A DNA stretch of 64,000 nucleotides from Chloroflexota bacterium (GTDB lineage: Bacteria; Chloroflexota; Dehalococcoidia; Lucifugimonadales; Lucifugimonadaceae). The stretch's first letter is position 1; the number at the start of each line of letters is the position of its first letter. Below, piece after piece: positions 37,235 through 45,423 of the stretch. Position numbers and translations under genes: made by a program. The stretch covers positions 4,108 to 68,107 of the forward strand of contig JAJCYY010000013.1 of NCBI GenBank assembly GCA_029262735.1. The letters are read 5' to 3'. The notes under the pieces are model-generated. The model was not told the DNA's origin. It was given only the letters and a program-made list of their open reading frames with translations, and ran no database searches.

Positions 37235-38554
37235 GTGGTCAAGACCGTTGCCGGAAGTTCTGATCAGGACACCACATCGACTGCAACCGCGCCATCTGTC
37301 ACTCACCCGTCTGGCCGCGCGGGCTTGTTCCACTCGTTCAGCTATCGCAGCTTCAGGATGCAGTGGATCGCCGATTCCCTGATGAGTTGGTCGAATGAGA
37401 TGGAGAACCTGATCCTGGGCTGGTTCGTCCTGGTGCAGACCGACTCCCCGTTCTTACTCGGCCTGTTCGGTGCACTGAAATTTCTCGGCACGCTAGTAGC
37501 ACCAATCTATGGCGTCATTGCAGACCGAATGGACCGACGCCACATGCTCATCGGCCTGCGTTCGATATTCGCCGTCCTTGCGTTGACTGTCACGACGCTG
37601 GCGCTGACCGGCACACTCGAAGTGTGGCACGTGTTCGTCATCGCCACCCTGACCGGCATGATTCGCGTGGCAGATAACGTAGCCCGGCAGGCGCTCATCG
37701 CCGACATTGTTCCCCGCGAATCCCTGCTGAACGCGTATGGCCTCACTCGCACCACACAGGACTCAGCGAAGATAGCGGGTTCGTTGATTGGCGCTGGACT
37801 ATTCGCCCAATTCGGTCTTGGCCTCGCCTATACAGGCGTAACCGTTCTATATGCCAGTTCCGTGGTGTTCATCGCTGCGGTGAGCATCGTGCGTCGGGCT
37901 GTTCCTTCGCAGCGTGATCCAGTCTTCCGTACGCTCAAGTCGGGAGTCTCATATATGCGCGATTCTCCGACCATCATGGCGGTGATGTTCCTGGCATTCC
38001 TGGTGAACCTCACTGCCTTCCCGCTCTCGAACGGCCTGATGCCAGTTGTAGCACGCGACCTGTTCAACACGGACGAGAACGGGCTGGCGAGGCTGCTGGC
38101 GGCAGTTGCCTCCGGGGCGCTGACGGGGTCTATCGCGATGGCTGCGTTGTCACGCATCGCGCGGCCTGACCGCGTGATGCTGTTTGGGGTAGTGGCGTGG
38201 CATCTGTTCCTGTTGTTGTTCGCCCAGTTTGACACCGCGGGGCCGGCGTTCCCCGTGCTGGCAACGGTGGGATTCGCCAGTTCAGTTTCAATGATCTCGA
38301 TGACCGTACTCCTCATGACCACAGTACAACGAGAGTTTCGCGGTCGCGTAATGGGCGTTCGGATGCTGGCGGTCTATGGGCTACCGATGGGACTGCTGAT
38401 AGGCGGTGCGCTTGCTGAAGTGTTCGGAATCCAGGCGACGATCACGATCTACGGCATTGTCGGCCTGGTGCTCACGGCGCTGTCAGTGGTCGTCTGGCCG
38501 CAGTTATTGCGAAGCGGAGCAGTGATAGGGAGCGATGCTCCGCCCCGCGAGTAA
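37235..38554 (+). CDS. MFS transporter
   Basis: 439 aa with about 12 predicted TM helices. MFS loop motif GVIADRMDRRHML between TM2 and TM3. Confidence 0.8.
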   Translation: MVKTVAGSSDQDTTSTATAPSVTHPSGRAGLFHSFSYRSFRMQWIADSLMSWSNEMENLILGWFVLVQTDSPFLLGLFGALKFLGTLVAPIYGVIADRMDRRHMLIGLRSIFAVLALTVTTLALTGTLEVWHVFVIATLTGMIRVADNVARQALIADIVPRESLLNAYGLTRTTQDSAKIAGSLIGAGLFAQFGLGLAYTGVTVLYASSVVFIAAVSIVRRAVPSQRDPVFRTLKSGVSYMRDSPTIMAVMFLAFLVNLTAFPLSNGLMPVVARDLFNTDENGLARLLAAVASGALTGSIAMAALSRIARPDRVMLFGVVAWHLFLLLFAQFDTAGPAFPVLATVGFASSVSMISMTVLLMTTVQREFRGRVMGVRMLAVYGLPMGLLIGGALAEVFGIQATITIYGIVGLVLTALSVVVWPQLLRSGAVIGSDAPPRE

Positions 38555-38630
38555 GGCCGTCATTGCCCGAACAGTTCCCGACCCACGATGGATTCTGCAA
38601 TCGCGGCATCGGTACCACCTTGCCCGCCCA

Positions 38631-38660
38631 TTCGCCTTCGCCTTCGCCTTCGCCTTCGCC
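38631..38660. repeat. Hexanucleotide microsatellite (TTCGCC)x5
   Basis: Read directly. Intergenic, between the MFS and KAP gene ends. Confidence 0.9.
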
Positions 38661-38678
38661 TGTCAAAGTTACTGTGAA
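38659..38678 (+). repeat. Bipartite motif copy (near-perfect): CCTGTCAA-AGTT-ACTGTGAA
   Basis: 14/16 match, immediately after the microsatellite. Confidence 0.5.
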
Positions 38679-38875
38679 ACGCGATCGAGGCCACTATTAT
38701 CCGTAGCATTGCATCTCGAACCGGTGTCTCATGGAGCTCCGAGCACATGCCTCTCGGCCATGACGGCCCTTTGATTCAGCGCATCTTCTGCCCACTACCA
38801 TTACGCTCCGTGGTGACCAGCCGACGGTCGGCACACGACCGATAGTCTGCGAGAGATCGCGAACTTTCGTGTGAC

Positions 38876-41659
38876 CTAGCTTTCGTCCGTTGATACTTCC
38901 GGTTCTTCCAACGGTACCTTCGGATTCGTACCGCTCGTCGGCGACGCCGGGGCGTTGAGAATGGAACTCTCGAACTGTTGTTTCGCCACCTCAGCCGACT
39001 TTTCTCCAAATATGACCACCTTCTGAAGATTCGCCGCCAACACAGGATTGACCAGATCCCGGGAGTGAGAGGCCATATAAGCAGCCACGCGGAGTCTCAG
39101 CAGCAACCTCCTCAACTCTTCTTTTCCATCCCGCAAGATGATTCCATCCACCCGCTTGGGGACAGAAGTGTTGGTCGATTGGAATGTCAACAAGTCACCG
39201 CTTTCGGAAGTCTCCTCGTCCGCGTAAGTTCTGGGGTTGGCCACAATTTGCTCAGAATCTGCGATAGTAACTTTTTCTCTGGAAAGGCCTTTCAATTTTG
39301 AATCCCAAAGTTCGGCTGGTGGATTGGCGAATCCGTCAATAAAGTACTTGGGATCCCAGTTGCTCTCGTTTCCCAGGTAGCTGAAAATCCTGTTCTTATC
39401 GTCGATATCCACATCTGGTGACCCGAGCACCTGCTGCAAGAAGGCATGCGACTCTTGCCTCAATACCAGTGGGATTACCATTGGCAGGCATCCATCATCC
39501 AGAGGTTGTTTGTCATCAGTAGATTTCAGTGCGATGTCGGCGATTCGCAGTATCTCCCGAGGAACACCGCCGGCAAGCACACAAATGCCGTGTCCGACGG
39601 CTTTTGGCAGCACGTTCCGCTTCGGCAGATTTGACCTCAGCCGATCGGAACCGGGATCTGTTCGATCACTCTGTGCTGGACTATACGATTTGCTAGATGC
39701 CGAACCTCTACTTCCTGTTGACGTTGGCTCAGGTTTGATCAACTTCGAAACTACGTCATTGACGCCCCGCCTCAGTGCATCTAACAACTGTGGAAAAGTC
39801 GCTGGCGGTTGTCGTTTAGATTCGGGCACCGGTTTGTGTAGTGATACAGCGATTCGCTCATCCAACAACTTCCACGCCTCTGCAGGTCGTAGGGGACCGA
39901 ACGCAAAGACCTGGTTGAACGAGCTACTAAATTCGTCGCGTCCCCGGAAGGATCCCATTCGGTACGCGCTGGCTGCCTCATCCGAGATGGACATCAGGAA
40001 GTGAACATTTTTGGCCGCAAAGATTCCCTTGATGTCCCTCAATAGCTTTCGAACGTCCTCTTCATCGTCGATTTTATCGAGCTCATCGATGCCGATCACG
40101 ACATTGCCAAGCATCGCTTCCTGCGCCCGTTCGGCAAGATCCGCGAACTCTTTCACGAGCGAAGTTACCGTATACGGTCTTTCCACGAGCTCCTTGCTGC
40201 GGGAAAACTTCACTAGCCCCGTTAACCATTTGCCGCCCTCGGCCCCGAACTCTGAACTGCGTCGTTCGCTGCTGGAGTAGCGAACCCACTCTTTTGCACG
40301 CTCAGCGCGCCTTTTCACGACACGGAGTTGCTGGTTTCTCTGTTTCTGGTTTGTGAAATTCTTGGCAGGAATTATCAACGAAAGAAACGGGATGAATGCC
40401 AGCGCGCCTCCAGAGACTGCCGCCAATATCGAAAAGGAGTTGTAGAGAGTCATTGGCGGAGCCTGATCGCCCTCGCGGACCAGAAAGGACCAATCATGGG
40501 ACGCGGTGTACCGAATCGCGACTACCAATCCGACCCAAACTACCACTGAAAATGATGTCACCCACAACGAATCTACATTGTCGAAATTAGTCCTGATTGA
40601 GGCGCCCCGCCCTTCATATCTTGAACTCCGGGCTAAACGTCTGAGATATGACCACGTCCTTGATGGCGTATTCCTGAGGAGGGAAGGAAAACCGTACTTT
40701 AGCAACCAGTTTTCTGATCTTGATGTGTCGGATTCTGATTGTTTAGCTTGCGGCGTGCCGGAGTCTGGTAGTTCAGCTTGTGCCCTGTCGGACCCTGACT
40801 GTTCAGAAGGCGAATTGTCGGACTTCTCGCTCGCCTCTGTACCCGTGGTGACCCATTTCCATGCGAGCTGCGAAGCTACTAAGCCTGACAAAAGTGTCGC
40901 AGCCACCAGGATCAGGAATTTTAGTATCTTGCTGATGTCTGCTTGCTGGTTCGAGAACTCCCAGCTCAGTGCCGCACCCATTGCGATCAACAACAGGATG
41001 GTGACTCCGAGCAACGCATCAAAACCTACCTGTGAATACCTGATGACTGCGAACCGGTTTGGCTGCCCGTCAAATTCGGATGCGTCCAGATCCGTGGCCC
41101 CTAGTGCTACGCGCTGCCTGTTTGACCGGCGTCCCATGTACTTAATTGCTTTGCCGGTCTTTGCAACCACCGCGTCAGCCAGCGTGTATATGAGGGTTTC
41201 CAGGAATGGCAGAGCCTTGTATTCGCTGGGAACCGGAGCCCAGATTCCGACTCCGTAGTCCTCTTTGCCGGATTCAGAATGATTTCGTTGCTGGTCATCA
41301 TCGCGGGATTTCTCGTTGCTGTTTGGCCCGTCCTTTCTATTATCGTTGTTCGAATCCGACAAGTTCACTGGTTGCTGGGCATTCGCCAGATCAACGGCCT
41401 GCTGTATGAACCAGGTCTTTCCGGCTCCTCTTGGTCCAGAAACTCCGAACGAGCCTCCTTCGATTTCCAGCAACGCATCCGGGCTCTGTGATCTGTCCCA
41501 TTTCTCGAAGCGATCAGAACGAAACGAGGTGAAGACATCCGCGTTTTTGATCTTCTTCCACGTCCGGTTGTTTTCCTGCCCGCCGTCTTCCGTGGTTTTT
41601 TCGTTATCAGGGGATGTGTTTTCCACCTCGGGACCCGTTGCACCATTAGGAATTGACAT
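38876..41659 (-). CDS. KAP-family P-loop NTPase with transmembrane helices inserted in the NTPase domain
   Basis: 927 aa. Walker A VSGPRGAGKTWF at about aa 75 and Walker B VVIGIDELDKIDDEED at about aa 520. Four hydrophobic helices lie between them (e.g. LLGVTILLLIAMGAALSW, FLILVAATLLSGLVASQLAW, SFSVVVWVGLVVAI, ILAAVSGGALAFIPFLSLII). Confidence 0.7.
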   Translation of the reverse strand: MSIPNGATGPEVENTSPDNEKTTEDGGQENNRTWKKIKNADVFTSFRSDRFEKWDRSQSPDALLEIEGGSFGVSGPRGAGKTWFIQQAVDLANAQQPVNLSDSNNDNRKDGPNSNEKSRDDDQQRNHSESGKEDYGVGIWAPVPSEYKALPFLETLIYTLADAVVAKTGKAIKYMGRRSNRQRVALGATDLDASEFDGQPNRFAVIRYSQVGFDALLGVTILLLIAMGAALSWEFSNQQADISKILKFLILVAATLLSGLVASQLAWKWVTTGTEASEKSDNSPSEQSGSDRAQAELPDSGTPQAKQSESDTSRSENWLLKYGFPSLLRNTPSRTWSYLRRLARSSRYEGRGASIRTNFDNVDSLWVTSFSVVVWVGLVVAIRYTASHDWSFLVREGDQAPPMTLYNSFSILAAVSGGALAFIPFLSLIIPAKNFTNQKQRNQQLRVVKRRAERAKEWVRYSSSERRSSEFGAEGGKWLTGLVKFSRSKELVERPYTVTSLVKEFADLAERAQEAMLGNVVIGIDELDKIDDEEDVRKLLRDIKGIFAAKNVHFLMSISDEAASAYRMGSFRGRDEFSSSFNQVFAFGPLRPAEAWKLLDERIAVSLHKPVPESKRQPPATFPQLLDALRRGVNDVVSKLIKPEPTSTGSRGSASSKSYSPAQSDRTDPGSDRLRSNLPKRNVLPKAVGHGICVLAGGVPREILRIADIALKSTDDKQPLDDGCLPMVIPLVLRQESHAFLQQVLGSPDVDIDDKNRIFSYLGNESNWDPKYFIDGFANPPAELWDSKLKGLSREKVTIADSEQIVANPRTYADEETSESGDLLTFQSTNTSVPKRVDGIILRDGKEELRRLLLRLRVAAYMASHSRDLVNPVLAANLQKVVIFGEKSAEVAKQQFESSILNAPASPTSGTNPKVPLEEPEVSTDES

Positions 41660-42182
41660 CGGCTGTGCCTTCTTTTTACATACGGCCCTCTAGCGCGAGG
41701 ACAACGCTGAGTTCACTGTGCGATCATATTCCAGGTTGGATCCTACGGATTGGAGAGAGTGACCGCCCGCTAGACGAATCAGAATCATTCCCATCGAATC
41801 CGCTGAGCGGATGGAACGGCATGATCGTAGTGAAACCGTCGATCCTAGTGGATTGTGTACAAACTTATCGTTGTTCACAACACATTGGCTATCCTAAAAG
41901 ACTCTCATCAGGAAGTCGAAACAACGATTCAGATCATGACTCTCCCATTGACCCACCGAGGTCGAGACCCTGGAACAAGGCCACAAGATTCTGGGAGGTC
42001 AGAGTCTGCTGCCGTTCTACGATTATCCCGTTCGTTGCAGGATCCCAACTTCCGAGTCGAACTCCGACCCTCGAGACACAATTGCCGATCAACTTTGTCT
42101 GTGTCGGTCAATGAATTCAACGTGCTCCTGGGAAGCGCCGAGAGCGGAACCCCTATGAATCGTGCCAATACCGATAACGTTG

Positions 42183-42202
42183 ACTGTCAACACTACTGTC
42201 AA
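42183..42202 (+). repeat. Bipartite motif copy: ACTGTCAA-CACT-ACTGTCAA
   Basis: Perfect 16/16, in the non-coding arm between the KAP gene and tRNA-Leu. Confidence 0.7.
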
Positions 42203-42424
42203 AAAACCTCATTTCCCGTGGACGGGCGATTGTTGCATCTCGATATCAGCTTCTGAAGGCTGCTTAGCACATGCTTCCCGATCTTGACAGCGATTGAAGT
42301 GGGGTTCTGGTCTGAACTTTCATCTCCGACAGGCCTAACAGTCCTTGAAATTGACCTGATCGGTGGAACTGAGGTAATACGAACTCCGAATCGAGATGCG
42401 CCCGTATTCATAGCCACAGGTGAA

Positions 42425-42444
42425 ACTGTCAAAACTACTGTCAA
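42425..42444 (+). repeat. Bipartite motif copy: ACTGTCAA-AACT-ACTGTCAA
   Basis: Perfect 16/16, 50 nt from the 3' end of the tRNA-Leu gene. Confidence 0.7.
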
Positions 42445-42493
42445 TCCGTGTTTCGGACGACCTCATGAATTCCTCGAAACAGCTAAGTTGAAC

Positions 42494-42579
42494 TGGTGGG
42501 GAAGGGGGGATTCGAACCCCCACGTCTGTTAAGACACATGCTCCTAAGGCATGCGCGTCTGCCATTTCGCCACTTCCCC
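42494..42579 (-). tRNA. tRNA-Leu, anticodon UAG, type II (long variable arm), CCA encoded
   Basis: The reverse complement folds by eye. Acceptor GGGGAAG/CTTCCCC. Anticodon arm CATGC-CTTAGGA-GCATG. Variable arm TGTCTTAACAGACGT. T-arm GGGGG-TTCGAAT-CCCCC. Ends in ACCA. Confidence 0.9.
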
Positions 42580-42913
42580 GACTGATCCGGTGCCGTCCTG
42601 CAGCAAGTTCGTTGCGTCTTGCACAAGCAGAGATATTTCACTCTCGGCCGTTAACCGAAATCGCCCTGTGCGGCTCTCAGGACGCCGCATATTCTTCCAA
42701 ATTGAGAGAAGAACCGACCTCTACAGAGCCCCAGATCTCCTGCATAGCCGAACGAATTCAGCGCGCTGTTCCGAATGAAGTCATGGTTCACGCGCGACCT
42801 GCATAGCGATGATAGATTTCTGCTTGCCGGTTGCCAAACGCGAACACGGCTCATCGACGGTGTCCGACGCTTTGTTCCAATGTCAGATCACTATAAGTCC
42901 GGAAGGCATTTCC

Positions 42914-43816
42914 ATGCAGTACGAAATCGAGATGCTCGCAGCCGAGAATGCGAAAGTTGGCGAAGGACCACTCTGGGTCTCGTCGGAGCAGGTTCTGTAC
43001 TGGACCGATATACAGACTGGCCGGTCCTTCAGATACAACCCGGCAGACGGTACCAACGAGACGATACACGACGGCGTTTTCGTGGGCGGAACGGCTGTCA
43101 ACAAAAACGGCGGGATGGTGTTCGGAACATGGGACGGCGTGATGCTCTGGCGGTCCGATAGCGATTGGCTCTGGTATCACAAGGACGACAGCGGTACAGG
43201 CCGCATGCGGTTCAACGATGTTGCAGCAGGTCCTGACGGTAGCTTCTATGGCGGACCGGTCTCTGAAGATAGCACAGGTGAGCTCCATCGCTTCCTGCCG
43301 GACGGCAGCCACGAGGTCGTTGCCGACGGTATCGGCATCAGCAACGGCATGGGCTGGTCACCTGACCTGTCCACGTTCTATTTCACAGACTCGCTCCCGA
43401 AGCAGATCTATGCCTACGACTATGACGCTGGACGCCACTCTGTCTCGAACCGGCGGATCTTTGTGCAACTGGGTGACGACCTCGGAGTGCCCGACGGCAT
43501 GACTGTGGATGCTGAAGGTTTCGTGTGGTCTGCAAACTGGGGTGGAAGCTGCATCATCCGCTTCGATCCGGACGGTAAAGAGGAGCGGCGCATAGCGATG
43601 CCCGCATCCCAGAGTTCCAGCGTGATGTTCGGCGGCCCGGACCTGACAGATATCTACGTCACCTCCGCAAACTTTGGCACAGGTGAGCCACCGGGGGAGC
43701 TAATGCCGAAGGGCTACGACAACCGGATTCACAGAGGCGGTGAGTTGTACGTGATCAGGCAGAACGAGATCAAGGGCAAGCTGGAGTTCGAGGCCGATCT
43801 CAAGTGGCCTGAGTAG
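42914..43816 (+). CDS. SMP-30/gluconolactonase/LRE-family lactonase
   Basis: Beta-propeller family segments VGEGPLW, FNDVAAGPDGSFYGG, SNGMGWSPD and PDGMTVDAEGFVWSA. Start set at the ATG at 42914, preceded by GGAAGG. The ORF track extends to 42809. Confidence 0.8.
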   Translation: MQYEIEMLAAENAKVGEGPLWVSSEQVLYWTDIQTGRSFRYNPADGTNETIHDGVFVGGTAVNKNGGMVFGTWDGVMLWRSDSDWLWYHKDDSGTGRMRFNDVAAGPDGSFYGGPVSEDSTGELHRFLPDGSHEVVADGIGISNGMGWSPDLSTFYFTDSLPKQIYAYDYDAGRHSVSNRRIFVQLGDDLGVPDGMTVDAEGFVWSANWGGSCIIRFDPDGKEERRIAMPASQSSSVMFGGPDLTDIYVTSANFGTGEPPGELMPKGYDNRIHRGGELYVIRQNEIKGKLEFEADLKWPE

Positions 43817-43856
43817 ATTCACGCGGTACCATAAGCCAGGTACAGCATCACTAAAT

Positions 43857-43898
43857 AAGAAGACCCTGCGGCGTGCATCCGCAGGGTCTTCTTTTCTT
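43857..43898. terminator. Bidirectional intrinsic terminator
   Basis: Perfect 11-bp stem AGACCCTGCGG / CCGCAGGGTCT with a 7-nt loop, a T-rich tract downstream and an A-rich tract upstream. It sits between the convergent lactonase and ftsZ genes. Confidence 0.8.
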
Positions 43899-43911
43899 GT
43901 CAGCCTGAACT

Positions 43912-45258
43912 CTATGCAGAGTCTTTGTGGCGCTGCAGGAACGGCGGCAGGTCAACGTCTTCGTCGACAGCCTCATCCATGTCCAGCGGTACCGGTTCGT
44001 CGTCAGAAGCGTCGGATGAATCGGACTCGGCTTCAGCAGAAGGGATTTCTGCGACCGGTTGCGCAATTTCCGCTTCTTCAGCCGGTGCTTCCTCAGCGGG
44101 CGCCTCCGGAGCTTCGGGAGCATCTTCGGCCTCGGGCTTCGGAACGTAGCCGGCAGCCGACGGGCCGTTGAGCTTGAGGACCTTTGCCGTCTCCTCAACC
44201 GGGAAGCCGGTCGCAATAACGGTGATCGTCACCTCATCTTGAATCTGCGGGTCAGTCACCATACCGAAGATGATGTTGGCGTCCGGGTCGACTTTACCTG
44301 AGATGATCTCCGAAGCGGTGTTGACCTCGTCCAGTGTCAGGTCACGGCCACCGGAGATGTTGAAAATCACTCCAGTTGCGCCCTCGATCGACACTTCAAG
44401 CATTGGGCTACTGAGGGCTGCTTCTGCAGCGATCTTCGACCGCTCATCGCCCTGGCCATGGCCGATCGCCATCCATGCAGGACCGGCGTTTTTCATGACC
44501 GATCGGACGTCAGCAAAGTCCAGGTTGATCTCACCTGGGACCAGGATCAGCTCTGCAATGGACTGAACACCCTGGCGCAGAACATCGTCTGCCATTCGGA
44601 ATGCCACATCCATCGTCATCGGCTCGCTACCGGCCGTTCGCAGTCGCTCGTTCGGAACCACAATTAGCGTATCCGCAATGTCGTTCAGCCGGCCAATACC
44701 CTCTTCGGCCTGCTTCATGCGACGGTTGCCCTCAAATTTGAACGGCTTGGTCACAACGCCTACTGTAAGAGCGCCGATTTCCTTGGCAACCTCGGCAATC
44801 ACCGGTGCGCCACCCGTCCCGGAGCCGCCACCCATACCGGCGGCGACGAACACAAGGTCCGCTCCCTCGAGCAGCTCGCGGACCTGGTCCCGGTCTTCCT
44901 CTACGCATTGCCGGCCACGCTCAGGGTCTCCGCCGACCCCGAGTCCTCGTGCCGTCTGGTCGCCAACGCGGATCGCAACGGGCATCTCGCTGCGAGAAAG
45001 AGCCTGCGCGTCGGTATTGACAATGATGTAGTCGACCTCTGGTATGCGGTCGCGGTACATGCGAGAGACCGCGTTCGAGCCACCGCCACCAACGCCGACG
45101 ACCATTATCTTTGCGGCGCCGATGTCACCTTCTGACTTTCTCTGGTCAAGCATTTTCGGTACTGCTCCTGAGTCCTGTCCTTGGAGAGCGAAATCTGCGG
45201 CTTCCGGAGCCGTGTCGTCGCTATTGGCACGCGGTCTGTCCCGCTTGCTCAATCTCAA
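43912..45258 (-). CDS. ftsZ: Cell division protein FtsZ
   Basis: IMVVGVGGGGSNAV, GLGVGGDP, AGMGGGSGTGGAPV and NLDFADV motifs. Acidic/Pro-rich linker and C-terminal DVDLPPFLQR peptide. An alternative start is at 45153. Confidence 0.95.
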   Translation of the reverse strand: MRLSKRDRPRANSDDTAPEAADFALQGQDSGAVPKMLDQRKSEGDIGAAKIMVVGVGGGGSNAVSRMYRDRIPEVDYIIVNTDAQALSRSEMPVAIRVGDQTARGLGVGGDPERGRQCVEEDRDQVRELLEGADLVFVAAGMGGGSGTGGAPVIAEVAKEIGALTVGVVTKPFKFEGNRRMKQAEEGIGRLNDIADTLIVVPNERLRTAGSEPMTMDVAFRMADDVLRQGVQSIAELILVPGEINLDFADVRSVMKNAGPAWMAIGHGQGDERSKIAAEAALSSPMLEVSIEGATGVIFNISGGRDLTLDEVNTASEIISGKVDPDANIIFGMVTDPQIQDEVTITVIATGFPVEETAKVLKLNGPSAAGYVPKPEAEDAPEAPEAPAEEAPAEEAEIAQPVAEIPSAEAESDSSDASDDEPVPLDMDEAVDEDVDLPPFLQRHKDSA

Positions 45259-45423
45259 ACTATTCGCTGCCCGTAAGAAAACAGGCCGCGATCAGTGTGG
45301 CAACGGTGTGGGTGAGGTTTGGGCCGCTTCCGCAAACCAAACACACGCTTTCCTCCAACGGCGGTGAGCCTCACGCACGCGAAACTGGATTACCGGCCAA
45401 TACTCCTTTTGCAGGAACGAGCA

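Larger units (their letters stand above)
30076..42493. mobile_element. Genomic island C (12.4 kb, integrase-less) abutting the intact tRNA-Leu
   Basis: Lies between the att remnant at 30022 and the tRNA-Leu 3' end at 42494. Cargo has a conflict-system flavour (SPFH, STAND, KAP). A spot count in the KAP gene gives about 48% GC for one 60-nt line. A shared bipartite motif occurs near both ends. Confidence 0.7.

Noticed and set aside
38472-38774. ORFs on both strands crossing the microsatellite, translating as FAFAFAFAFA and GEGEGEGEGE.
   Set aside because: They are artefacts of the (TTCGCC)5 repeat in an intergenic region.
42199-42444. An 81-aa minus-strand ORF next to the tRNA, considered as an integrase or excisionase remnant.
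   Set aside because: Its TTG start lies inside the ACTGTCAA repeat. The translation has no tyrosine-recombinase (R…HxxR…Y) or Xis-like features.
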